Virus record (IMG/VR): IMGVR_UViG_2541047870_000002
Strand: one strand, 5' to 3'
DNA: 42,586 nt
DNA from: a virus
Taxonomy: Duplodnaviria; Heunggongvirae; Uroviricota; Caudoviricetes
Under the pieces are notes generated by a model, which was given only the letters and a program-made list of their open reading frames with translations, was not told where the DNA came from and ran no database searches. Every line of letters begins with the position of its first letter. Position 1 is the first letter of the stretch. Position numbers and translations under genes: made by a program. Below are positions 1 through 8,090 of this stretch, piece after piece.

Positions 1-465
1 TCACTTTGATTCAATTTTGAAACTTTTTTTAACCACTAAAATCATGCAGCTAATCACTTCTGCAATGAGGTTAAGAGATAGCACGATAGCAAAAAGTTCT
101 AAAGCAGTAAATAGCTTGCCTTTAGAAGGGATAAATTCGTGCTGAGGATAATTTACTAGTGGTATGTCATAATTACGTAAATAGGGAAGGAAGATTGTTA
201 CTGCCAGACACATGACCAGTAATTTCAAATCTAATTCTAAACTATCTAAATAGTCCGTAAAGTCTGTGCTTTTCTCGCCCTTATTAATGACAGCCAAAAT
301 TCCGAAGATAACGGAGATACCTGCGGCAATACCTCCAAGTATTGAACCTATTACTCCAGCAGAAGCCTGCTCAAGTAAGGTATAAATGGTTTTATCAGTC
401 GATGCTAATGCTAAGCACAAAAAGAAGGTAGCTATAGCTTTAATCCAGACAGTTAGATTTTGCAT
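1..465 (-). CDS. small multi-pass membrane protein (about 4 predicted TM helices), cargo gene
   Basis: 154-aa ORF with four long hydrophobic stretches; start overlaps upstream gene stop by 26 nt; AT-rich; window begins exactly at its stop codon. Confidence 0.55.
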   Translation of the reverse strand: MQNLTVWIKAIATFFLCLALASTDKTIYTLLEQASAGVIGSILGGIAAGISVIFGILAVINKGEKSTDFTDYLDSLELDLKLLVMCLAVTIFLPYLRNYDIPLVNYPQHEFIPSKGKLFTALELFAIVLSLNLIAEVISCMILVVKKSFKIESK

Positions 466-1336
466 TTTTGAACGTATACCTGTTTTGATGTAATGCTATG
501 ATCTCTTTAATATCATTTGCTGAGTAGCCATCAAGTTCAATTTCTGATATCTCACCTTCGATCAGCACGATTTTGGCTGTCTGATTACTGGATACCGTAG
601 TAGATTTTGACTTGAGTGTCTTACGTCCTTTAATCAACCATGACCCGCCACCATCTTTGACCCAGTCAACAAGAGTCTCAGCCCAATGAGAACCTTTGAG
701 TTTCAAATTGCCATCTTTGTTTTCAAAAATAGTGGTCACAGTATTTGCATTGGTATCTTTTTCAAGCTTCCGTAAATCATTGGTTAACGCTTGCTTACTG
801 CTTCCGAAGATATTCGGAGTAATCAGCGTAAAGCTGACTTTGTCGATAAATTGAAGCCTATGGTATTCTGACCAAAAATCTTCCATTTCAAGACAAGGCT
901 CTATAAATATTCTAAGTCCTAACTGAGCCAAATAGTCGTTATTGGCTAGATCTTCGAACGCTTTAGCAACTTGTTGCGCATCCTTGAAAACAGCGGTTTT
1001 CCTCTCAACCAGTAACACCTGCTCTACTTTGTCCCAAATCCATACGATAGGTGGATAGTTGTCTACATCGTACTCTCGAAAGTCTTTATCATGTCCTTTA
1101 ATCTTTTGCAGCTTTGATATGACTCCAGCCATAACACCATCAGTAGGTTTTATGCTCAATTTCAGGGTGTAACTAGTTTTCTTATGAACGGAAGGTGTTG
1201 ATGACGTCATGTGTAAATTTTTTGCAGCGATAACCATAGCATTTTCAAAATGAGAGATATCTTTCTGAACAGTTCCTTTCGAAAAGAGGTCTGGATCGCG
1301 CGGTCTCATTAACACACGTAAGGCATACAACTGCAT
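440..1336 (-). CDS. hypothetical soluble protein, no recognisable domain; cargo gene coupled to downstream membrane protein
   Basis: 298-aa ORF, AGGAG RBS 8 nt upstream of ATG at 1336; no HExxH, P-loop or other motif seen; AT-rich relative to phage core. Confidence 0.55.
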   Translation of the reverse strand: MQLYALRVLMRPRDPDLFSKGTVQKDISHFENAMVIAAKNLHMTSSTPSVHKKTSYTLKLSIKPTDGVMAGVISKLQKIKGHDKDFREYDVDNYPPIVWIWDKVEQVLLVERKTAVFKDAQQVAKAFEDLANNDYLAQLGLRIFIEPCLEMEDFWSEYHRLQFIDKVSFTLITPNIFGSSKQALTNDLRKLEKDTNANTVTTIFENKDGNLKLKGSHWAETLVDWVKDGGGSWLIKGRKTLKSKSTTVSSNQTAKIVLIEGEISEIELDGYSANDIKEIIALHQNRYTFKNAKSNCLD

Positions 1337-1451
1337 AAGAAAACTCCTGTAAACTATTTGGTTTCATTATTCCATAAAACCAAGCACTTTCAAGAGCTTA
1401 ATTTTCTTTCAATTCTGTATGCATATACAGTATCATTCAATTTTGTAAAAT

Positions 1452-2579
1452 TCAAACCTTGATTTTTGCCCATTCCTTACCACGATCATCATGGTATTTA
1501 GCTGTCTGGTTAGGCGATTTATGTCCCAGAAGTTTTTGGGTGTCGACGCCCTGAGCTTCGTAAAGTCGCTCAGATAAAGATCTTTGTTCATGGAATGTGG
1601 CGGGCGAACCTTCACCCCAGTCAATGCCTGCTAAATCCCTCGCTTTACTGAAATTCATCGTCAATGTATTGGCTTTTACTTGCGCGCCACGTTCAGCCTG
1701 TGAAGTAGTACGAAAAAAATGTACAAGGTATGGGCTGACTGCATAGTCACGGCAGCGGGCTACTACATCGCGTAAACTCCAGTTAATTGCATTGAGGCGA
1801 AGGGAAAGCGGGATGGCGATTTTGCTCCCGGTTTTTTCTTGGATGACGTGAAGATGATCATCCCAAATATCGCTAAATTTCATACGTGAGATATCACCTA
1901 ACCGTTGGCCGGTAACCAGTGCTAACAGCATGGCATTCCCCATATAACGATGGCGGGCATCTGCGATATCAAAGATTTTTTGCCATTCTTCAAGACTTAA
2001 CCGTTGTCGGGTAATTTTTCTTCTGGGTTGTTTGGTTGCCAGTGCTGGATTATAGCCCGGAGGGACTTCCCCATAGTGTTGTGCCTCCTTGAATACATCA
2101 ATTAGAACGGAGCGGACTACTTGCGCCATCCTCGGTTGCCCGGCAGTGATATACTCGTCAAGTAATTGTGCTATATCCCTTACATCAACTGATGAAATTA
2201 ATTTCATTCCTGCTCGTTCCCTGAGCAAGGATACTGGTTTGGCTTTCTGTTTATAGGTGTTTAGCTTTATATCGCCACTTTCCAGTCTGTCATCCTGGAT
2301 TGCTTGATAGCGATCTAACCAGGTTGACGTTGTGATTGCTTTTCCTTTGCTGGTTGCGATCCTGTCACTGATAGCCAGAATCTGCCGGGTTCTTTGCTCA
2401 GCCAGGCGTGAATTTGCCTCAGTGGCAATAGCAATGGCTTCAGCTTCGTTTGTGCCTAAAGAATGAAACTTCCCGGTCACTGGATGTTTATATCGCCAAT
2501 AGACTTTATTTACTTTTCTACTATAAAGCGGATACAAGTTCGGGACTGAAACATTATTTTTACGTGGTCTGGCTGCCAT
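1452..2579 (-). CDS. int: tyrosine site-specific integrase (lambda Int family)
   Basis: 375 aa; C-terminal catalytic region with conserved R, H-x-x-R and Y context (…LLGHKSPNQTAKYHDD…); adjacent excisionase; prophage end position. Confidence 0.9.
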   Translation of the reverse strand: MAARPRKNNVSVPNLYPLYSRKVNKVYWRYKHPVTGKFHSLGTNEAEAIAIATEANSRLAEQRTRQILAISDRIATSKGKAITTSTWLDRYQAIQDDRLESGDIKLNTYKQKAKPVSLLRERAGMKLISSVDVRDIAQLLDEYITAGQPRMAQVVRSVLIDVFKEAQHYGEVPPGYNPALATKQPRRKITRQRLSLEEWQKIFDIADARHRYMGNAMLLALVTGQRLGDISRMKFSDIWDDHLHVIQEKTGSKIAIPLSLRLNAINWSLRDVVARCRDYAVSPYLVHFFRTTSQAERGAQVKANTLTMNFSKARDLAGIDWGEGSPATFHEQRSLSERLYEAQGVDTQKLLGHKSPNQTAKYHDDRGKEWAKIKV

Positions 2580-2805
2580 TACTTAAAATCCTTTGTAGAA
2601 TAATAGAATCATTTTTCTTGATGACAGGAGTAACTAATTCCCCAACTAACTCTGCGTCCTCACGCACTCGCCATAGTCGACCTTGTTTCATTGCCGGTGG
2701 ACAAAATAAATTCTGCTTAGCATAACGACGCAATGTGGACACGCTTGGAGGATTACTTCTGTATTTTTCCGCAGCCCATTCCTCAAGTGTCAGCATTTGA
2801 AGCAT
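2560..2805 (-). CDS. xis: excisionase (Xis-like); start chosen at second ATG with GAGG RBS
   Basis: Small basic protein immediately upstream of and overlapping int start; ORF track 2560..2820. Confidence 0.6.
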   Translation of the reverse strand: MLQMLTLEEWAAEKYRSNPPSVSTLRRYAKQNLFCPPAMKQGRLWRVREDAELVGELVTPVIKKNDSIILQRILSNGSQTT

Positions 2806-2848
2806 TTTTGATAACCTCATTTCTTTTGCTACAAAACTATTTCACTAG

Positions 2849-3397
2849 TTAATTTCGCTGTCTGGATTGTTTATGCATCTTATGCAGCTCTTTAAAGCGT
2901 TCCATAAACATCCCGTAGGCATGGCCCGGTGCCAGTGGAATCACGTTGAACATCTCTGTTGCCGGGATGCCTTCCAGTACAGGCCAGAAAGAGCCATCAT
3001 CAAGCCCGAGATCGCGGCGTTCGGTTGCCAGCATGATGAGATCGGCATATTTCACGGGCGTACTCATAACCGGGGGTAACCCGTATTTCTCACGGATTAC
3101 GGCGTCTATTTTTTCTTCCATCTGTTTATAGTCAGGAAGAAGGCGTTTCAGTGGAGCGGGGATGTCCTGGCAATACGCTTCTGTTGCATCATGCATTAAC
3201 GCTTCAAAAGCAAATTCCTGCGGTACCAGTTGGCTGCAAAGAACCGCATGTTGGGCGACGCTGTAGAAGTGTGAAAGATGTCCTGCAAAGCGACAGATAT
3301 TTGAAAGGGAAACCGCGATATCGTTAATAACGATGTCGTCTTTATTTATCCTGTCATAATAAAAATGCTTCCCAGAAAAAGTTTTAATAAATGACAT
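2849..3397 (-). CDS. HD-domain phosphohydrolase (YfdR-like 5'-deoxynucleotidase family)
   Basis: H…HD motif (AQHAV…LMHDATEAY); start set at internal ATG with GGAGAA RBS (ORF track 2849..3460). Confidence 0.7.
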   Translation of the reverse strand: MSFIKTFSGKHFYYDRINKDDIVINDIAVSLSNICRFAGHLSHFYSVAQHAVLCSQLVPQEFAFEALMHDATEAYCQDIPAPLKRLLPDYKQMEEKIDAVIREKYGLPPVMSTPVKYADLIMLATERRDLGLDDGSFWPVLEGIPATEMFNVIPLAPGHAYGMFMERFKELHKMHKQSRQRN

Positions 3398-3525
3398 TTT
3401 GTTCTCCACGTTATTTGCGCTGCACCGCACTGAATTCTGGTAAAAGGAAGCCCTCACCATCCGGCGATTATTGAGTTAATTACGTTTCCATAAATGCCCC
3501 CGCAGGGGCATTTGCAGTAATCAAA

Positions 3526-4350
3526 TCAGGCGGTGAAAGTACCAATAAAGGTTTCTACTTTGCTGTCTTTGAATTTCTCAACAAGCAGATCGCGAAATTC
3601 GTTAGCCATTTCTTCCTGCACCGCCTCCATCTGAATAATGCGCAGAACAAGTACAGGACGATCGCCAGTGATAATGCTGAGGCGTAATTTAAAAGAACGT
3701 TCTTTCAGACCTTCAAACGGAACGCATTTAAATTCAAATGCCACTGGCATAATGTCTTTGGTCTTCGCTTCGACAGACTCCATCAGGGAGCGTTTGCCGC
3801 TGAAGTCATTATCTTCAAAATCAGCGGTCTGGTTTGCTTCAATCGTGATTTTACGGACAGCCGCAGCCGCTTTTGTTGCCTGGATAGCGTCACCATTAGC
3901 ATCAAAACCCACAAGGTAGTCGGCCCAGTCTTCAATCCATTCTGCCAGTGACTTCTGGGAGTTACGCTCGCTGTTAACAGACAACAGTGCAGAGAACGGT
4001 GCTGTCTTTTTCAGTTTGAGAGTGGCGGTGTTATCTGCGTGACCTGGTTCATCAATAGTACCCAGGTTAAGCACACTGACGGCACGCATATTATCAGCAT
4101 CGATAAAGCAGCGGGTGCCTTCATCTGCAAGATCTTTAGAATAACGGGTAAAGTCATCGATGCTGGCAGTGGAAAGCGCACCACGGAAACGGAAGCGATT
4201 TAAATTAAATTTTTCCAGATCATGAATGCGGAAATTCTCAGGCAATGCCACAGCATCGGCACCAATCTTACTGATAATTTCATTAACACCCTGAGCAGAA
4301 ATAAGAGCATGGATTTGATTAATTGCGGTTGCGTCTAAGTTCTGAGACAT
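3526..4350 (-). CDS. YfdQ-like prophage protein (DUF2303-type), function unknown
   Basis: 274-aa ORF; resembles from memory the CPS-53 prophage YfdQ family; gene order YfdP-like/YfdQ-like/HD hydrolase matches that prophage. Confidence 0.55.
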   Translation of the reverse strand: MSQNLDATAINQIHALISAQGVNEIISKIGADAVALPENFRIHDLEKFNLNRFRFRGALSTASIDDFTRYSKDLADEGTRCFIDADNMRAVSVLNLGTIDEPGHADNTATLKLKKTAPFSALLSVNSERNSQKSLAEWIEDWADYLVGFDANGDAIQATKAAAAVRKITIEANQTADFEDNDFSGKRSLMESVEAKTKDIMPVAFEFKCVPFEGLKERSFKLRLSIITGDRPVLVLRIIQMEAVQEEMANEFRDLLVEKFKDSKVETFIGTFTA

Positions 4351-4415
4351 AATAAGTCCTCACTATATAAAGATATTCAGTGATGAGATAAATAATCAGT
4401 TAATTAAGAACGATA

Positions 4416-4778
4416 TTAATGACCTGCTGCGCGGAGTTTTCCGTCAGGTTCACCGGCAAGAGTCAGTAATTGTCCCTGGTCTTCCTGCAGAATAGTCAGG
4501 CGACCACCGCGATTGACATACATCGGCGTTTCGGTGGTGTCTTCTTCAGAAATTTTCCCGCGGTTAGTCGGGCGAACATATGAGAGTTTGTGTTTGATTT
4601 TCACACGGTTCTCATCAAATGGTTCGATTTCCAGGTTGAGTGAGACCTTACCTTTGGTTTTCGTGTTCATCACACCGGAAGCGACTTCACTGAGAACTGC
4701 GCCGATTTTGGTTTCAAATACGCCGCCGTCCAGCTCCCCGATAAATGCCTGCACATCAGTACTGCGTTCGCTAGCCAT
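4416..4778 (-). CDS. hypothetical early protein (YfdP-like), 120 aa
   Basis: Start at internal ATG with GAGGAG RBS; the upstream extension of the 226-aa track ORF is Arg/Cys-rich junk. Confidence 0.5.
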   Translation of the reverse strand: MASERSTDVQAFIGELDGGVFETKIGAVLSEVASGVMNTKTKGKVSLNLEIEPFDENRVKIKHKLSYVRPTNRGKISEEDTTETPMYVNRGGRLTILQEDQGQLLTLAGEPDGKLRAAGH

Positions 4779-4827
4779 TTTGCTGCTCCTCATCATATCG
4801 ACCCTGCAAGGCCGATTAGTTTCTCCA

Positions 4828-4914
4828 CAAAACAGAGAAGAACACCTGCGGTGGCAGCCGCCCGGATGGATTGAGTTATGAGCCCGTCGTCCGGTGATGC
4901 TCTTCTCTGTTTTG
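4828..4914. repeat. long inverted repeat (about 14-16 bp arms, about 55 nt loop) in GC-rich non-coding block
   Basis: caaaacagagaagaac … gctcttctctgttttg are reverse complements; region 4780-5246 lacks a credible ORF. Confidence 0.5.
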
Positions 4915-5179
4915 TAAAAAGGACGGTACCAGCCGGAAGCAAGGGTACAAGCTGGTACCGCCAAGACTACACACAGCATAAAGTTGTGGTGCCGGGTGCC
5001 TCCCGGTGCCTGGCGAAGGTTGCACACCAGGCGGGTGGGTATCCACAGAAGGTCGACTGTCAGCCTCAACCTTAACCCGCGTGCGCTGAGCAGCATTCAC
5101 CACAACGCTAAGGATTCTCTCTGGTTGAAAATACTTAGCTGTTATGTGCCTGCTTTTAGCCACATCAGGCGAGGTGGAC

Positions 5180-5232
5180 CTGGTTATTCCCCAACAACAA
5201 GGATTCGGTTAATCTGGTTATCCCCAACAACG
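5180..5232. promoter_or_regulatory. two direct repeats CTGGTTAT(T)CCCCAACAAC spaced 34 bp, immediately upstream of the 144-aa gene
   Basis: Near-identical 18/19-mers at 5180-5199 and 5214-5232; RBS and ATG of 5247 gene follow. Confidence 0.45.
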
Positions 5233-5246
5233 CAAAAGGAAAAGAA

Positions 5247-5681
5247 ATGTCCGGTAATATCTACACGTTGTACAAATCCCACTGTGAAAATGTTGGAAAG
5301 TATCGGGGCATTGAAATCAGTGGGATAGTGTCATCAGTCGAAATAAGCAAAGTGGAATCAAGGGCAACATTACTTACTCTTCTGGATCTTGTCTTACATG
5401 AGCACCGGAAGAAATTCGGCACTCCCTATAATCAGTTGAATGGGAAAAAGGCTCTGGTTCACCTTATTCTGATGAAGCATCACTGGATGCCAAAACAGAT
5501 TAATGAGATGAAATTTGATGAACTTCTTCTTTCAATTCAGGATGAACTCACACTTGATAAAATAAGCGTAACCGCCCAGAAATTTTTAGATTATCGAGAC
5601 TGGAGATCACAAATTCATCACTTTGATGATTTTGACGAAAATGAATGGGATCCTAATTTGTCTGCACAATATCTAAAGTAA
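5247..5681 (+). CDS. hypothetical protein (reverse-oriented moron within the leftward early operon)
   Basis: 144-aa ORF with AAGGA RBS; AT-rich; no recognisable motif. Confidence 0.5.
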   Translation: MSGNIYTLYKSHCENVGKYRGIEISGIVSSVEISKVESRATLLTLLDLVLHEHRKKFGTPYNQLNGKKALVHLILMKHHWMPKQINEMKFDELLLSIQDELTLDKISVTAQKFLDYRDWRSQIHHFDDFDENEWDPNLSAQYLK

Positions 5682-5859
5682 CATCCTGTGATAAAACCGT
5701 GATTTCCTGATCCAGTTTTTTTAAGGAGTCTATTGTTTCCTGTCGATAAGACAGCACTTCACGAAGCTGGTTTATAGCTGCCAGCTTCTTTGTCATCCAC
5801 TCATAAATTTCCTCATCTGTGTAGCCAGGCGCGACGATTTTGGGTTCTGTTTTGTGCAT
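5653..5859 (-). CDS. small acidic protein, first gene of leftward early operon (N-position)
   Basis: Strong RBS GAGGAGGTG 5 nt before ATG at 5859; 68 aa; no arginine-rich motif; 3' end overlaps the convergent 144-aa gene. Confidence 0.5.
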   Translation of the reverse strand: MHKTEPKIVAPGYTDEEIYEWMTKKLAAINQLREVLSYRQETIDSLKKLDQEITVLSQDVTLDIVQTN

Positions 5860-5904
5860 TTCACACCTCCTCAAGTTATCAGTTACTTGTTGATGGGGAC
5901 CAGA

Positions 5905-5942
5905 TTGTTAAAGAGCTAAGCGTCCTGTAGGGCGCTTTTTTG
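5905..5942 (-). promoter_or_regulatory. boxA-like element (GCTCTTTAACAA on minus strand) with adjacent hairpin: candidate nutL; the same hairpin plus T6 reads as an intrinsic terminator on the plus strand
   Basis: Minus-strand RNA would read …GCGCCCUACAGGACGCUUAGCUCUUUAACAA…; hairpin 5919-5936 followed by TTTTTT on plus strand. Confidence 0.4.
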
Positions 5943-6016
5943 TTGCTAACGAATCATCCTGGACTTCATATGCCCCAGGCGGCTACTTCGTGGGTGTCCT
6001 GCCTGTTCGTTGTCTT

Positions 6017-6080
6017 AACACCTTTAAGTTGTAATTTAGTTGTGGTTTTGAATGTTGTCAACAACTTTATGTGGTTTGAA
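6017..6080. promoter_or_regulatory. left operator cluster (OL-like): repeated AAGTTGT / ACAACTT half-sites
   Basis: Motifs cacctttaagttgt, tagttgtgg, caacaactttatgtgg are near-identical to motifs in the cI-cro intergenic region. Confidence 0.5.
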
Positions 6081-6124
6081 CGAGTAGCCAAGGAGTGCAA
6101 GGATTATCAAAAAAAGGAGGTTGT

Positions 6125-7015
6125 ATGGAAGACGCGCTTTACGCTTTTAATTACACACAGAACCGGGACAAGTTATTTGCTAACTTGATTAGCATCATTG
6201 ATGGAATCATTGCAGATGGAGTTGTCCGTGAAGAGGAGGTTCTTTACTTAGATACATGGTTACTTGAAGCAAAGCAGATTATCAATAATGGAGTTATAAA
6301 AAGTCTATCTGCTCGGGTGTCGGATATTCTTGCGGATGGAATAATCACATCAGAAGAACGTGATGACCTTAAAAATAGCCTTCTCCAAATACAGAGGGAA
6401 ATTCTTGATATCCCTGAAATTGATTTTTACTCCAAGGATGTAGATGTCCATTTACTTAATGGACTATGTAAAGGATTAATTGCTGATCGGAACTTAACTC
6501 AAGAAGAAATAAGATATCTTAATTGGTGGCTTGAGCAAAATGGAGCTTTGAAGAACAACTACCCAGGAAAAAAACTTTATGCACTTGTAAAGGAAATTCT
6601 TAAAGATGGTGTTATTACTGAAGATGAGAGTTTAACTCTACATAAGGCATTAGTAGACTTCACAGGATGTGACTTGGAAAGTGGGGTGGTGGATGGTTTG
6701 GCGACCAGGCTGCCTATTGATGTAGGGGCTTCGATAGAGTTAGAGGGTAAAACCTATTGTCTTACAGGCACTTTTGTTGCAGGAAAGAGAGCCGTAGTTG
6801 AAAATTTGATTAAAAATGCTGGTGGGAACATCAGTAGTGGAATTACTCAAAAGTTGGATTTTTTAGTAATTGGGACGCTTTCCTCCCGTGATTGGAAATT
6901 CTCTAGTCACGGAAGGAAGATCGAAAAGGCTATATCTTATAGGGATGATAATGGTGCAAAACTTAAAATTATTTCTGAAGAAATGCTTTTCGATGCATTA
7001 CCAAGTTCGCGATGA
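6125..7015 (+). CDS. TerB-like tandem repeat protein with C-terminal BRCT domain (immunity-region moron)
   Basis: Four repeats of the ADGxIxxEExxxL type in the N-terminal two thirds; C-terminal …GKTYCLTGTFVAGKRAVVENLIKNAGGNISSGITQKLDFLVIG… resembles the LigA-type BRCT fold; AGGAGG RBS before ATG at 6125 (ORF track starts at GTG 6095). Confidence 0.55.
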   Translation: MEDALYAFNYTQNRDKLFANLISIIDGIIADGVVREEEVLYLDTWLLEAKQIINNGVIKSLSARVSDILADGIITSEERDDLKNSLLQIQREILDIPEIDFYSKDVDVHLLNGLCKGLIADRNLTQEEIRYLNWWLEQNGALKNNYPGKKLYALVKEILKDGVITEDESLTLHKALVDFTGCDLESGVVDGLATRLPIDVGASIELEGKTYCLTGTFVAGKRAVVENLIKNAGGNISSGITQKLDFLVIGTLSSRDWKFSSHGRKIEKAISYRDDNGAKLKIISEEMLFDALPSSR

Positions 7016-7684
7016 CCAGAATACCCTACCTATAACATGAATTCTGGCTCGTCTATCTTCAAAGGTGAGTATTTCATCTGGGTACTCATCTTTGTTGAAG
7101 CTTCTAAGAATCAAGCCACCGTCAGGTAAGTTGATAAGTATTTTAACCCTTAGCAATACACCATCTCGTACGGCATAAAGATCGCCATCACGAATAGGAA
7201 CGGTTTGAGAAATATCAACGGCAACAAGATCTCCATTATTGAGAACCGGTAATAAACTGTTCCCCCATATTTGTACGATCTTGGCATTAGATGCACATAC
7301 GCCAGATTTTCTCAAATCTGCTCTTCTTAACGGAAACCAGTCAATAGCTGATTCAACTATTTCAGCCAGACATCCGTTACCTGCCGATAACTCGACATCT
7401 AAAACAGGAATGTTTACGAAAATATCGGGGTCTAATGCGGTGCTTTCTGCTTCTTTTACAACAAGATCAGGTATGGATGCGTTGTCTTCAATACCAAGTT
7501 GTAACCACTTTTGTGATACACCTAAAACTTTTGCAATTTCTTTAATTTTGCGCGGTTGTAGAGTTTCGCCATTCTCTATTTTGGCTACAGATTGTTGTGA
7601 AAGTCCAATTTTTTCAGCTAGTTGAGCTTGGCTCATGCCAGCTTTCTCTCTACCTATCTTTAATCGTTCTGCCAGTGTTTTCAC
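6998..7684 (-). CDS. cI: CI-like prophage repressor (N-terminal HTH_XRE, C-terminal S24/LexA-like self-cleaving peptidase)
   Basis: HTH …MSQAQLAEKIGLSQQSVAKIENG…; C-terminal peptidase-like domain; GTG start with GAGGG RBS; divergent from cro. Confidence 0.85.
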   Translation of the reverse strand: MKTLAERLKIGREKAGMSQAQLAEKIGLSQQSVAKIENGETLQPRKIKEIAKVLGVSQKWLQLGIEDNASIPDLVVKEAESTALDPDIFVNIPVLDVELSAGNGCLAEIVESAIDWFPLRRADLRKSGVCASNAKIVQIWGNSLLPVLNNGDLVAVDISQTVPIRDGDLYAVRDGVLLRVKILINLPDGGLILRSFNKDEYPDEILTFEDRRARIHVIGRVFWSSRTW

Positions 7685-7710
7685 AACATATCCCTCTCTT
7701 TTTTGATGAG

Positions 7711-7800
7711 GTTACAACTTTATGTTTTAGCTTTCCAACACCTAAAAGTTGTGGTAAAAGTTGTTAATGTTGTATTCTTGCAGCTCGTAACAACTTAACT
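7711..7800. promoter_or_regulatory. right operator cluster (OR-like) with divergent promoters for cI and cro
   Basis: Repeats ttacaactttatg, cacctaaaagttgtgg, aaagttgttaatgttg, cgtaacaactta between cI and cro starts. Confidence 0.55.
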
Positions 7801-7819
7801 ACCAAAAAAGGAGAAAGCT

Positions 7820-8068
7820 ATGACACCTGAGCAATTAGCCTTATCGGAGGCAATCGCTCTGGCTGGTGGTCAATCAGAATTGGCTCGGAAGCTCACAGCC
7901 AGCAGCGGTCATTTAGTAAAGCAACAACATGTCTGGAACTGGTTGAACAGAGAAAAGCGTCCCCCTGCAAAGCTCTCGATATTCATTGAAAAGACCACTG
8001 GCATATCAAAAGAAAAATTACGTCCAGATATTTTTCAAAAGATTAAAGATTCATCAGATGAAAAGTAA
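7820..8068 (+). CDS. cro: Cro-like HTH regulator
   Basis: 82-aa ORF divergent from cI, AAGGAG RBS, small basic HTH protein. Confidence 0.65.
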   Translation: MTPEQLALSEAIALAGGQSELARKLTASSGHLVKQQHVWNWLNREKRPPAKLSIFIEKTTGISKEKLRPDIFQKIKDSSDEK

Positions 8069-8090
8069 CCACAGTTTTAAGGAGATAGCC

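Noticed and set aside
440-1336. Possible Lit-like protease, because e14 carries lit beside int and the size (298 aa) is similar
   Set aside because: No HExxH zinc-metalloprotease motif anywhere in the protein, so left as uncharacterised
4416-5096. 226-aa ORF from the track as a single gene
   Set aside because: N-terminal 106 residues are Arg/Cys/Pro-rich and lie in the GC-rich structured block; a strong GAGGAG RBS precedes the internal ATG, so only the 120-aa C-terminal part is called
4780-5246. Retron msr/msd-like ncRNA, suggested by the GC-rich inverted repeats
   Set aside because: No reverse transcriptase gene anywhere in the window, so only reported as an unexplained structured region
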